The notes beneath the pieces were generated by a model that ran no database searches, was not told the DNA's origin, and worked only from the letters and a program-made list of their open reading frames with translations. Shown one piece after another: positions 28,440-38,645 of a stretch of DNA of 64,000 nucleotides. A program made the translations under genes and the position numbers. Source of the stretch: an uncultured Actinomycetes bacterium (GTDB lineage: Bacteria > Actinomycetota > Actinomycetes > Streptosporangiales > Streptosporangiaceae); NCBI GenBank assembly GCA_963844695.1, contig CAWJPL010000035.1, positions 1,457-65,456 on the forward strand, in the 5' to 3' direction. The stretch's first letter is position 1, and the number at the start of each line of letters is the position of its first letter.

Positions 28440-29201
28440 GGCTCGCGGCACGTCAGCGCGCTTCCGGTCGGTGGCTAAGGCAAGTCCGGAGAACATCTCG
28501 GTGGGTGTGGACGGTGCGGAGCCGAGGAACCGCCACCATCCCCCGGTTTCGTCGCGGATGGCGCGCTCGACGAGGACGTCCGCCATGGTGCGCGCCCCCT
28601 GCAGCAAGGTGCCGTAAGCCGCCTGGCCGGAACCGTCCTGCGCGGCGTCGAGCAGGACGTCCCCGGCCCCGGCGGTGCCGCAGCAGCGGCCGTCGTTTTC
28701 CCAGAAACCCGGGCGCAGGCGCTGCGGGACACCGGAGGCCAGGATCGAGCGCAGGCACCGTTGCCGCAGCCCGGTGACGCCGAGCCCGGCGACAGTGTCC
28801 ACGCCGGCGTGCGCCAGTGCCGGGAACAGCTGTGACGTTCCCGCTGGCCCGTGGCATCAGGTGTCCGTGACCGGTTCCACGTCACGGCGGGAGTACGGCA
28901 GGGTGTGCGGGATGATGAACCCGCCGTCAGCGAGCGAGCCCACGGTGAGCAGATGCTGCGCGCCGTGGCGGGCGGCCACGATGAAGTCATCACGGTTCAG
29001 GGCCGCTCCGGCGATCGCCAGTGCGGTGGTTAACCCAGCCGTCCCGTGGGAGTAGTTCGGCATCCTGCTCGTCCGGCCCGGCAGCATCTCCCAGTCCAGG
29101 CCATCCTTGGTCAGGAGCCTCAACGGTGACGGCCACGGTGCCCCCGCCGTTCCAGCTGTATCCCGCGGAACAGCGGCAAGGCCCGGGCCAGTGTTGTTCA
29201 C
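28440..29201 (-). pseudogene. LanC-like (lanthionine synthetase C-like) remnant: 5'-truncated, TGG->TGA in the WCHG motif
   Basis: NYSHGTAGLTTALAIAG in 28857..29201, then TGA at 28857..28859, followed in the same frame by CHGPAGTSQLF and later GRCCGTAGAGDVLLD. About 250 aa remain, against about 400 aa for intact LanC-like proteins. Confidence 0.65.
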
Positions 29202-29580
29202 CTACGACGTCGATGACGAACGGCTCGTGATTCGCCGAGCGAGAGAGGGCGGCACGGCCTATGACTGGCTCAGCGGGCCTAATAAGGGCTACGGATTCGG
29301 GTCGAGCGGGACACCGAACCGTTCGATGGAGGAGCACCGGGAGAGCATCCGCGTCTTCCCGCCATGATCGATCCCAATACGGGCTACATTGGGAAAGACT
29401 GAGGGAACCGTGTAATCCACTCTAACCCGTGCCAGACACACTGAAGTGATCTCAGCGAAATAGATCCGGCAGTAGATCCACCGCTGACGAGCCGCGTCCA
29501 TGATCGTGGTGTATGAGAGTGGCGCCTCGTATTCTCATGGTTGAATCATCTCAATTGTCATACTGGAAAGAGGCGCTGCG

Positions 29581-30318
29581 TCAGTGCGGGGTGAGGACGT
29601 CGAACTCGTTGCCCTCCGGGTCGGCCAGGCACGTCCACGGGACGTCGCCCTGGCCGAGGTCGATGTCGGTGGCGCCGAGTGCCCGCAGGCGCGCCACCTC
29701 TGCCGCCTGATCGTCACCGGGGTAGGGCCGGAGGTCGAGGTGAACGCGGTTCTTCACGGTCTTCATGTCGGGCGTGCGCAGGAATAGGAGATACGGTCCG
29801 ACACCCTTGGCGGAGCGCAGCACCGCGTGATCGCCGGTCACCTCGTGCAGGGTCCAGTCCATCGCCTCGTCCCAGAACCGGGCCATGGCCCGGGGGTCCG
29901 CGCAGTCGACCGTCACCGCAGCCACTGGCCCGGTGTCTCGGCCGCCCGGCCAGGGCGCCAGCACGCAGAACTCGTTGCCCTCCGGGTCGGCCAGGACGGT
30001 CCATGAGACGTCGCCCTGGCCCACGTCGGCGGGTGTCGCGCCGAGATCCCGCAGGCGCGCGACCAGGTCCGCCTGATGGGCCGCAGAGGTGGTGGCGAGA
30101 TCGAGGTGCACGCGGTTCTTCACCGTCTTGGGTTCCGGGACGGCAATGACGTCGATGCAGACGGCGGCGGGGTCGGGATAGACGAAGCCTGTGGGTTCGA
30201 CGTTGGTCACGCCGGGTCCCTCGCTGGAAACACCCCAGCCCAGCGCCTCCGCCCAGAACCGGCCGACCGCGGAGTCATCCCGGGCATTCATCGCAACCTG
30301 AACCAGCCGCAGAGTCAC
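29581..30318 (-). CDS. VOC (glyoxalase/bleomycin-resistance fold) protein with two near-identical tandem modules
   Basis: The motif KTVKNRVHLDL...RL(R)(A/D)LGAT..D.GQGDV.W..LADPEGNEF.VL occurs twice. The start is uncertain (30291-30327). Confidence 0.8.
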   Translation of the reverse strand: MTLRLVQVAMNARDDSAVGRFWAEALGWGVSSEGPGVTNVEPTGFVYPDPAAVCIDVIAVPEPKTVKNRVHLDLATTSAAHQADLVARLRDLGATPADVGQGDVSWTVLADPEGNEFCVLAPWPGGRDTGPVAAVTVDCADPRAMARFWDEAMDWTLHEVTGDHAVLRSAKGVGPYLLFLRTPDMKTVKNRVHLDLRPYPGDDQAAEVARLRALGATDIDLGQGDVPWTCLADPEGNEFDVLTPH

Positions 30319-30529
30319 GCTGCCAACCCTACGCTCAGCTGGCTGAACGTAATGAACCTGTCGGGCATGGCCATACACCACTCCCGTGAACGGCAAACGC
30401 TGACGAGCCTCATCGCGGCAGATGAGGATGTTCAAGCACAGAGTACAACCCTGGCGTGCCTTTCCGTTTCAAGGGTTCATGGGATTCTCCGGCCGGGATT
30501 CTCATCCCAGCATGGTGCATGCTGTAGTT

Positions 30530-31020
30530 TCAGGCCCCCAGCCTTACCACCTGGGCCAGTTCGTGGACGCCTGGGATGTTGGGGTATCGCTTACTCAGAT
30601 CAGTGACGATGCCTCGGATCGCGGGTCTATCACGAACTTCGGCGGGCGCATGGCTGTGAGCATCTAGCAGCGAGTGCACTGTCTGCTCTGGCTTGCCCCA
30701 CTGCCACCACGCCCGGGCGAGGTCAGTAAACAGGCGTCCGCGACGTTCAGGTGTTGGGAACTGCTCAGGGTGGAGTCGACGGCCAACACCTACGGCCGAT
30801 CCCGCGTCGCCCAGAGACCAGTGCACGCCGACTCGGTAGAGAGCAACCTGCGCCGCGTCCACGCTGAAAGGTCCGCCTGAAACGGACGTGGCTGGAGCCG
30901 ACGCACGGCATGCTCGGCATCTCTGATCATCTCTATGGCTCGAGCACGGTTTCCAGCTTGAGCAGCTGTATAGGCGCAGGTGCAGAGCATTTGCGCGTAC
31001 GCGGCGGCCTCGGCGGCGCA
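30530..31020 (-). pseudogene. XRE-type regulator C-terminal fragment (frameshifted, 5'-truncated)
   Basis: Two frames carry collinear pieces (LCTCAYTAAQAGNRARAIEMIRDAEHAVRRL; then ...ERRGRLFTDLARAWWQWGKPEQTVHSLLDAHSHAPAEVRDRPAIRGIVTDL). There is no HTH part. It abuts the truncated IS at about 31020. Confidence 0.5.
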
Positions 31021-31022
31021 GG

Positions 31023-32300
31023 GTCTCCGCGGACACTGTCGGTGACCTGCTGCGGGCCGAGGGGTTCCGCCTGCTAGGCAACGCCAAGACCATCGAGGGC
31101 AGACGGCACCCGGACCGGGACGCCCAGTTCCGTTACATCAGCGAGCAGGCCACGGCTCACCAGGCGGCCGGCCAGCCGGTGATCAGCGTGGACACCAAGA
31201 AGAAGGAGCTGGTCGGGGCGTTCCGCAACGGCGGCCGGGAATGGCGGCCAGAGGGCGAGCCGGCCAGGGTCAGCACCCACGACTTCCCGGACCTGGAGCT
31301 GGGCAAGGCCATTCCTTACGGGGTCTACGACGTGGCGGCCAGCGCCGGCTGGGTCAACGTCGGCACCGACCACGACACTGCCGCGTTCGCCGTGGAGTCG
31401 GTCCGCCGCTGGTGGGACAGCGCGGGGAAAGCCGCCTACCCGGGCGCGTCGCGGCTGCTGGTCACCGCGGACGCCGGCGGGTCCAACGGGTACCGCACCC
31501 GGGCGTGGAAAGCCGAGCTGGCCGCTTTTGCCCTGGAAGCCGGGCTGTCGGTCACGGTCTGTCACTTCCCGCCCGGCACCTCCAAGTGGAACAAGATCGA
31601 GCACCGGCTGTTCTCCCACATCACCCTCAACTGGCGTGGGCGGCCGCTGACCAGCCACGAGGTCATCGTCAACACCATCGCCGCGACCACTACCCGCACC
31701 GGGTTACGGGTGCACGCCGAGCTTGACCAAGGCAGCTACCCGGACGGGGTCAAGGTCAGCGACGAGCAGATGGCCTGCCTCCCCCTGGACCGCCACGGCT
31801 GGCACGGCGACTGGAACTACACCCTGCGCCCCGAGCCGCCTCCGCCGCCCCCGCCAAGACCGCCCGCCCGCGAACCCGAGCGTCCCGGCTGGGCGAACCC
31901 GGCCCTGACCGGCCTGACCGCCGCCCAGTGGGAGCAGCTGATCACCACGCTGGCCACCCCCTACCAGGCCCAGCGCGAAGCCGCCCTCTACATCGCCCGC
32001 GGCGGCCCGCCCACCCGCAAGCCTGCCGTCAGGCACCCGCCCGCGCTCACCCTCGCCGAGCAGGTCCTGATCACCGTGCTGCGCCAGCGTTTCCGGCTGC
32101 CCCGGCCCGAACTCGCCGAGCTGTTCGGTGTCGTGACCGGCACCATCGCCAAAGCAGAACGCCAGGCCCGGCCGCTACTCCAACAGCACGGCCATCAGAT
32201 CAAGCCAGCCCCGATACCGATCAAGACCCTGGCTGAGCTGACCGCCTACGCCTCGGCTCACGGAGTCGAGCTGACCCCGAAAGCCAAACCAGCGTGTTAA
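31023..32300 (+). pseudogene. ISAzo13-family transposase, 5'-truncated
   Basis: VSADTVGDLLRAEGFRLLGNAKTIEGRRHPDRDAQFRYISEQ...ISVDTKKKELVG...VCHFPPGTSKWNKIEHRLFSHI. The reading frame is open upstream of the track start 31179, but the N-terminal quarter of the family is missing. I found no terminal repeats. Confidence 0.75.
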
Positions 32301-32470
32301 TAATCTGCGAACCCTAAGTGGCATTGAGCCTTGACCCGGCCGCCGCTCCCCAGGGATTTGTGCCCGCGAGGACGACGGGCGGGACCAGGTGCTCAGTGAG
32401 TACATCTTCATGCCGGCCGCGAAATTAGTAGCCCCGGGGTCCGTCCGCGCAGGCGATTCGTTCGTACGTG

Positions 32471-33136
32471 TCAGCGCCTAAAGGCCGACGAGGCGGCGCC
32501 AGGCCGGTCAACACGGTAGATGTAACGCAGCGCATCATCAATCGGGTTGTCGGGCGACATCGGGCCTTCAGCGACCCGCTTCAAGCCAGCCTTCTCCAGC
32601 GCACGCCAGGAGGCCACATTGGCGGCCACCACGGCGGCAAGCACCGCGGGCGCATCAGAATACGAGTTCCAGGTGTCCTCAACGGCCGCAGCGATCATGC
32701 GGGAGCCGAGACCGCGACCACGCAGCGCTGGGTCCGCGATGAGGTAGTCAAGCTCGACGGCGCCGGCTGGCACCTCGATAACCGCCGAGAATTCCGCGAG
32801 ATCCTTGGGGTAGTCGCAAATCGCCGAGCGCTGCAGCAGGCCGATTGGCCGGCCGTCGAGGAGAACGAGGAGGTCTTCCCCCGGCTCCTCGCCTCGCGTA
32901 CTCGCGCCGAAGTCGCGCTCGACCGCCTCAAGGGTTGTCTCAAGATTCCACCACCGGGTGACCTGGGGCTCTCGCAACCACTCGGCCAGCATGGGAAGGT
33001 CCCCGGCAATCAACGGCCGCCACGACAAGAAACCATCGCTAATCCTCTCCACCGTCACAGCGTAGATCCCGGGAGGGAATCGTCCTACGCGATGGTCTGA
33101 CACTAGCCCAGCCGGACAAATGGTGATCCGGAACAT
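32471..33136 (-). CDS. GNAT family N-acetyltransferase (aminoglycoside-acetyltransferase/siderophore-acyltransferase-like)
   Basis: WRPLIAGDLPMLAEWLREPQVTRWW and LIADPALRGRGLGSRMIAAAV (acetyl-CoA loop). The start is uncertain. Confidence 0.8.
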   Translation of the reverse strand: MFRITICPAGLVSDHRVGRFPPGIYAVTVERISDGFLSWRPLIAGDLPMLAEWLREPQVTRWWNLETTLEAVERDFGASTRGEEPGEDLLVLLDGRPIGLLQRSAICDYPKDLAEFSAVIEVPAGAVELDYLIADPALRGRGLGSRMIAAAVEDTWNSYSDAPAVLAAVVAANVASWRALEKAGLKRVAEGPMSPDNPIDDALRYIYRVDRPGAASSAFRR

Positions 33137-33527
33137 GCGCGGAACGACCTCCGCTGCCGCCGCCACCATTCGTGCAGTCGGCGCAGGTCAGCGCCAAGGT
33201 TCGTGCGATCACGCGGGCGGCCTCCGGAGCCGTGTGCGCGGGCCACATGCGGGCCACAGGCCAGGGACACTCGCAGGCAGCCGCCGTCACTCACGAGCAC
33301 TCGAACTCGGGCGGCCAGTACGAACATCGCTCCTGGTAGTGCGGTTCCAGCACCACCGACCTTCCAAGCTGGTGATCAAGCTTCGTGCACCCCGCGTGCA
33401 CCAACGAACAGCGAATGACGGTCACAGACGGGCACCAGCGGTGAATCTGAGATCTCGGCCGCTGACGATCACCAACGGCTTTTGCGCAGGTCAGCGAGCT
33501 AGTGCGAGGGTTGCGATGTGGTAGTGG

Positions 33528-33571
33528 TGGTCAGGGGCGGGGTCGAACCGCCGACCTTCCGCTTTTTCAGG
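33528..33571 (+). repeat. direct copy of the tRNA-Phe 3' half (att-type repeat)
   Basis: tggtcaggggcggggtcgaaccgccgaccttccgctttttcagg is the 43-nt core of 54555..54597 with one extra T in the T-run. Confidence 0.85.
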
Positions 33572-33713
33572 TGTGACAGATGTCCAGGCCAGCGACGTTG
33601 CCGCAGCGTGGACAGTCGCCGAGGGTGCGTCGGCGGTCGGGGTCGGTTGCCGCCGTTGCCGTCACCGTTGCCGTCGGCTGACCGTCCAATCGGGCACGGA
33701 CCGGGCACGATTC

Positions 33714-34445
33714 CTACGCTTGCACATCATCGGTCCCCGGGGGCAATCGGCTGCCTTTCGCGCTTGGGAGTCTGCTGCTGGTATCGGGCACATCCGAACG
33801 GTGGGCCGGCCCGGCCAGTATCCAGGTCATCAAGGCTCCGAGGACCAGCCACGCGGCACAGATTCCCAGTTCGCCCCAGCTCACCACGGCAGGGCTGCCG
33901 ATCGCAGGGCAGTCCTCTGGGCCTCCGATCGCAGGGCATTTTGCTGGGTATTCTCCCCAAACCTCGGCCTGGTATACGAGCGCGAAGCCCGCAATCCACG
34001 CCCCCGTCCACGCAGCTATGCGGAGCAAGTTGCGCGGCCGCCAGCCGCGAAACCTGACGAACCCGGCAATCAGCAGTGGGATAGGCAGAGCCAACGATGC
34101 GACAGTTGCCAGAACTACGGCGATCTGCACGGTCACAGGATCTGCGCTCCACCCCTCAATCCCGAGGCTCACATCAGCCCAGGTGAATGGCTTGGTGGTG
34201 ATGTAAAAATCGTAGCCAGTGCCGACAATCCCTGCCACCACCCACAGCATCGACAGCGACCAGGTCCAGCCCCGGACGCGCAGGCCTCCGGTGACCAGCG
34301 CCCGCGCGTCACGGAGGGAAGGCCAGCTTTGGCCAGGCCCGCTGGCCTCCAGCAAGGTGCCCAGCATCTCCCCGGCGCGATCGCGCCGGTACCAGGCAGG
34401 ATAGGCGCGCAGCAGCCAGCGGCAGCGCCGCTCCAGCGGGGTCAC
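33714..34445 (-). CDS. membrane protein (partner of the PadR regulator)
   Basis: 243-aa ORF with several TM helices. Its ATG overlaps the PadR gene stop by 4 nt (34442..34445). Confidence 0.7.
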   Translation of the reverse strand: MTPLERRCRWLLRAYPAWYRRDRAGEMLGTLLEASGPGQSWPSLRDARALVTGGLRVRGWTWSLSMLWVVAGIVGTGYDFYITTKPFTWADVSLGIEGWSADPVTVQIAVVLATVASLALPIPLLIAGFVRFRGWRPRNLLRIAAWTGAWIAGFALVYQAEVWGEYPAKCPAIGGPEDCPAIGSPAVVSWGELGICAAWLVLGALMTWILAGPAHRSDVPDTSSRLPSAKGSRLPPGTDDVQA

Positions 34446-34804
34446 GCAGGGCTCGCCTTCCGGGCACCGCCGCCCACCTGGAGAGCGCGGCCTCGGTCCG
34501 TAACCAGGCGGGCGGCGTCCGCCATCCGCGCCGCCTCGGCCCGCAGCGCCCCAGCACCAGGCGGCGTCAGCCCGTAGGAGCGCCGCACCCTGCCGTTGAC
34601 GATCTCCTCGCGCACCAGCTCCACATGGCCCTCAGTAGTGAGGCGGTCCAGCGCCGTGTACAACGTCCCGGTCGCCAGCCGGACCCGGCCGCCCGATAGT
34701 TCCCCGGTGCGCTGGATGATGGCGTAACCATGCAGGGGCCCATCCAGGAGGGACGCCAGGACGAAGTATGTCGGCTCCCGCATCGGGCCCTTCACCTTAC
34801 TCAC
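34442..34804 (-). CDS. PadR family transcriptional regulator
   Basis: YFVLASLLDGPLHGYAIIQRTGELSGGRVRLATGTLYTALDRLTTEGHVE. The start is GTG 34804 or ATG 34783. Confidence 0.85.
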   Translation of the reverse strand: MSKVKGPMREPTYFVLASLLDGPLHGYAIIQRTGELSGGRVRLATGTLYTALDRLTTEGHVELVREEIVNGRVRRSYGLTPPGAGALRAEAARMADAARLVTDRGRALQVGGGARKASPA

Positions 34805-35062
34805 ATGACCATCATAAGTAGATGCACGACACATCGCAGACCAGCCATCGACTCTAAACACTTACGGCCGGATTCGGCAGTGCGGGTGGCCTCTTCGTCC
34901 CGAAGCCAACTTGCTATGCGGACTGTTAGCGAGGCACCGTCTCGGACCTGGGATGCAGCGTCCGCTGGTGTCCACTGGCGTCTACCGCAGGCGACAGCGA
35001 TCGTTACTGACTTGGTTACTCGCCGACTTGGGTCACCTTGTCGAACAGAGGCTGGGTCCTTG

Positions 35063-35518
35063 TCAGATATGGCCTGTGGCTTCCAGGACGGCCCTCGTCA
35101 GGCGGCTCAAAGTGAGCTGGCCGAGCTCGCTGGGGCTGAACCACGCCACGTCGCTGAGTTCATTGTCAGCGATTGCGGGAACGCCGTTGATGATCTCGGC
35201 CTCATAGACCGCGGTGACGTAGGCGGCTCGGTCGCCGTTGGGATAGGTGACCTCATAGTCGGGACCACCGAGCACGCCGAGCAGCCTTTTCAGCCGCACT
35301 TCGGCCCCGATCTCCTCGCGTGTCTCGCGGATGGCCGTCTCTGCTGGAGACTCACCCAGCTCCACGGCACCGCCAAGGACGGCCCATCCATCATGATGAC
35401 CGGCATGCTGGACCAGCAGCATCCGGCTTGCCCCATCAACTGGGATCACCGAGACCGATGGCAGGAGCAGCAACTCGTGCCCGACCACTGCCCGCAGTCG
35501 GCCAATGTGCGCAGACAT
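35063..35518 (-). CDS. NUDIX hydrolase
   Basis: Nudix box GGAVELGESPAETAIRETREEIGAEV. The plausible start is ATG 35518. Confidence 0.85.
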   Translation of the reverse strand: MSAHIGRLRAVVGHELLLLPSVSVIPVDGASRMLLVQHAGHHDGWAVLGGAVELGESPAETAIRETREEIGAEVRLKRLLGVLGGPDYEVTYPNGDRAAYVTAVYEAEIINGVPAIADNELSDVAWFSPSELGQLTLSRLTRAVLEATGHI

Positions 35519-35925
35519 ACCCACCTGCGCCACCGTACGGCACCAACGGGGCAGCGGCCGTGCGCTGAGCCCGACTTTGCGGATGCTCGAGACAGGCAGC
35601 ACTCAGATCATGACTGAAGGGCCGTCGCAGTCGAGGCCTGTGGTGGCCCAGGCCGGGGGCAGGCACACAGATGAGTCTGATAGCGGCCTCCAAGACCAGC
35701 ACCGTCAGCGCAACGCTGGCCGCCCCGAACGGCGGGTCGGCGCGCGGTTGCCGCGGCTAGGGACCCTAAGGGAGCGTGCAAGCTACTGCAATGTGTGTAA
35801 GTAGGCCGGTCGCCGGCTCTGAGCGCCGCTGCCGCCGTTGCTGTGGCTTGCAAGGTGTTCCTGGCTCCTCGGCGATCGATCTCGCTCGGCGTTGCGGACC
35901 GGGCGCACAGACCGGAAATGGTGCG

Positions 35926-36483
35926 CTAGGTCCTGCCGTCGGCGACGACATCCTCTGGGCTGTGACCTGGTCCGCCGTCCCTGCCATGGCCTGCGCCGTC
36001 CGCCGCTTCGCCTGCGTCTTCCGCTGACGTCGCGGTCGTTCGCAGGGTTCTGGCCCGCTTGGTACAGCGGCGTAGCCAGAGCAGGCCGAAAACGGGAAGC
36101 ACGAGCGGGACGAAGCCGTAGCCGCTGCCATAGCCAGACCACACCGTGGCATCTGGGAACGTGGCCGGGTCGGCGAGGCTCCAGGTGCCGACCGCCAGCA
36201 CGCCGGCGAGTTCGACCGAGCAGGACACGACGGCGATCCGGCGTGCTGCCGGACTGCCGACGGCGAGGGTGACCGTGGCGAGGATATAGACCAGGCCAGC
36301 GAAGGCCGACAGCACGTAGGCGACCGGGGCGTGGCCGAACTTCGTGGCGATCTGCACCCCGGCCCGGGCGGAGGCGGCGAGCGCGAAGAGCGCGTAGATG
36401 GCGACCAGCAGACGGCCCGGGCCTGTCCTGGTCGAGTCCGGCTGCGGAGCCCTGGGCTCAGGCGGTGCCGCGGGCTCAGACAT
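35926..36483 (-). CDS. membrane protein
   Basis: 185-aa ORF with 4 hydrophobic helices and an acidic/Gly-rich tail. It overlaps the upstream gene by 8 nt. Confidence 0.65.
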   Translation of the reverse strand: MSEPAAPPEPRAPQPDSTRTGPGRLLVAIYALFALAASARAGVQIATKFGHAPVAYVLSAFAGLVYILATVTLAVGSPAARRIAVVSCSVELAGVLAVGTWSLADPATFPDATVWSGYGSGYGFVPLVLPVFGLLWLRRCTKRARTLRTTATSAEDAGEAADGAGHGRDGGPGHSPEDVVADGRT

Positions 36484-36850
36484 GGATGACCGGCCAGATC
36501 TGATGCAGCCGGACCATCAGCACGGCCGCGACGAGCCCGGCCACGGCGATGACCGCAGGGCCCCACCGGGATCGTTCCGCCAGCCCCCAGAACGCGGCAG
36601 CCACCGGGATGAACGGCATCGCGATCAGGTAACCGATGAGAATAGCCAGCCCGGCCGGGCGTTCACCGCCGGCGAGCCTGGCCACGATGAGACCGACCTG
36701 GACAAGCAGCAAGATCTCCAGGACGCCCACTGCGGCGAGGAGGGGGACGGTCATCCGCCGGTTTCGGGCGGTCATCACCAGCGCGTATCCGGCCAGCGCG
36801 AGACCGGCGATGATGATCGTCGTGGGGACGGCGCCGTTCACACTTGACAC
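36476..36850 (-). CDS. small membrane protein
   Basis: GTG 36850 follows GAAAGG and gives about 124 aa with 4 TM helices (TTIIIAGLALAGYALV, LLAAVGVLEILLLVQVGLIV, and others). Confidence 0.6.
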   Translation of the reverse strand: MSSVNGAVPTTIIIAGLALAGYALVMTARNRRMTVPLLAAVGVLEILLLVQVGLIVARLAGGERPAGLAILIGYLIAMPFIPVAAAFWGLAERSRWGPAVIAVAGLVAAVLMVRLHQIWPVIHV

Positions 36851-37140
36851 GTTACTACCTTTCGTAGTAGCAGGCGCCGGGCGAGCAGTGAGATCTGGAC
36901 CGTGGTTTGCGTGGCACTGTTCCCCGGTTCGGGGCTGCGCTGGCCAGCGATACCGCCTGGGCCATGGCACCAGCCACCGCTAGCGCCGGGAAATTCCAGG
37001 TCTGCTCACCGCCTAGGCCCACGTCATGGCCGGACTCACCGGAGGCAGGCCCCTCAGCAAGAGACCACGGCAACCAGATCGGACCGTTCTGTATGCACCG
37101 ATTGACCGACACCGATGTTCCTGGAGTCGCACCTAACGGC

Positions 37141-38645
37141 AAGGCCGGTTAGTTAAGCTTCGTTGCCGGGTGTCAAGGGGCGCCGAGGATGGCGATGGTG
37201 ATGGCGGCTTTGCGGGTTGTGCGGTCGACCTTGCCTTTGGCGTTGTATCTGGACATGGCGCGTTTGACGACGCGGGGGCTGGTGCGCGGCCGCCTGCTGG
37301 GCATCAGGCTGGCCAGGACGAGCCGGCCGATAGTCCCGGCCAGGTCGGTGACGGGGCCAGCGAGGACGCCGGCGGCCAGGATGACCTGGTCGCGGGAGGC
37401 GTTCAGGGCGACGGCGAAGCTGGCGCGGTCGGGGTCGGTGCCAGGAACGGCGCCGGCGGCGTCGGCGATCGCGGTGCGCAGCACCTGGTAGGTGACCAGC
37501 AGGGCGTAGACCTCCTGGTCGATGCCGCCGGGAGTGCGGGCGCGCAGCACCCGGCCGCCGAGGATCGTGGACTTGAGCTCGAAGTAGGCGGTCTCGACCT
37601 CCCAGCGCTCGTGGTAGAGGACAGCCACCTCACCGGCCGGGTAGCGGGCCGGGTCGGTCAGGGTAGTGACCAGCCGGGCAGCCGGCTATGGCGTGCCCGG
37701 TGCTGGTCGTGACGGTGACCTGCGCGTCGATGACCCGGACGGGGATCCCGCCGAAGCGCGACAGCCACGACCCGTCGGGCAGGCGGCTCAGGACCGGAAG
37801 CGCCGGGGCGCCGTAGCCGGCCCGGACCCGGATCAGGAAGTCCGCGCCGGTTCCCGCGATCTGCGCGGCCAGGAACCCGGCCCCGAAGCCGCGGTCAGCG
37901 AGCAGGACCATGCCCGCGTGCAGGCTGGCGAGCAGGGCCGGGGCGCAGGTGGTCTCGCCGGCCGAGACGGGCCCGAACACGGCGTCGACGACGGTACGGG
38001 TCCCGCAGCTGACCAGGGCCAGCAGCCGCAGCATCGGGTAGCCGGAAGCGCCGTTCGCGCCGCCGCGCTGCTTGGAGTAGACGGCCAGGTTCGCCTCGCT
38101 GTCCGGGACGGTCATGACCGTGCCGTCGATCGCGACCGCCAGCAGTCCCCGCCAGCGCGCCCCGCCCGCAGACGGCCCGCGCAGCAGGAAGAACAGCTCA
38201 CGCAGCGGCCCGGAACCCAGCCGGCGCCGCGCCTGGGTCATCGCGGACGCGGTCGGGACCGTCACGGGCAGCCCGCCCAGCCCCGCGGCCACCCGGTGCC
38301 AGACCTGCGTGTAGCCCAGCTCGGCGAACAGGCACCCCGCCAGCAGCAGGTAAACCACGACCCTGGCCGGCAGGACCCGCACCCGGCGCTGCACCCGGCA
38401 CGTCTGCTCCAGCACCGCGCCAGCCATCTCGAACGGCACCTGCTGCGTCAGCTCGCCCAGGTGACCCGGCGCGAACCGCCCTCCAGCCACCGTCACGGCA
38501 CGCGAAATGACAGACTGATCCACGGCGGGGCTCCAGGTGACGAGGCATGTCTTTGGCGGACAAACCTCACTTACCGGAGTCCCGCTGCCACCTCACCAAC
38601 CAACACACCTTGACAACCAGCCACATCACTTAACTAACCGGCCTT
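37141..38645 (-). mobile_element. IS4-family insertion sequence (1505 bp) with perfect 17-bp terminal inverted repeats and a 12-bp target duplication
   Basis: IR aaggccggttagttaag at 37141..37157 matches the reverse complement at 38629..38645. The flanking direct repeat gcacctaacggc is at 37129..37140 and 38646..38657. Confidence 0.85.
37173..38523 (-). pseudogene. IS4-family DDE transposase, frameshifted near 37671..37685
   Basis: The upstream frame ends ...VTVTTSTGHAIAGCPAGHYPDRPGPLPGR*. The next frame reads RLVTTLTDPARYPAGEVAVLYHERWEVETAYFELK. The local sequence cagccgg-g-cagccgg looks like a 7-nt repeat insertion, and removing 7 nt restores ...TGHAIARLVTTLTDP... Confidence 0.8.

Larger units (their letters stand above)
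15225..33571. mobile_element. island segment A (~18.3 kb), the oldest and integrase-less part of a composite tRNA-Phe-associated island
   Basis: Bounded by a degenerate tRNA-Phe 3'-half copy (15225..15255) and a 44-nt copy (33528..33571). It contains IS1380 and ISAzo13 fragments, several pseudogenes, orphan vapC, APH and GNAT. Only a short remnant of the integrase-proximal arm (tttgcgcaggtcagcgagctag, 33481..33502) remains. Confidence 0.55.

Noticed and set aside
29191-29402. Small plus-strand ORF (VLFTYDVDDERLVIRRAREGGTAYDWLSGPNKGYGFGSSG...) that seems to continue in another frame (MIDPNTGYIGKD)
   Set aside because: The sequence is protein-like, but I cannot tie it to a family with confidence. 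It overlaps the LanC-like remnant start and would need a frameshift. Evidence is insufficient to call a feature.
1-33000. Idea that the SARP, LAL regulator, chloroperoxidase-like, SnoaL-like, LanC-like and multiple methyltransferase genes form a secondary-metabolite gene cluster
   Set aside because: No core biosynthetic enzyme (PKS, NRPS, terpene synthase, RiPP precursor or dehydratase) is present. The genes are scattered across different island segments, and the LanC-like gene is a remnant.
33528-33571. tRNA-like hits at 33528..33571, 46085..46127 and 15225..15255 as tRNA genes
   Set aside because: They contain only the 3' half (T-arm, acceptor 3' strand and part of the anticodon arm). There is no D-arm or 5' acceptor strand. 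They are att-type repeats.
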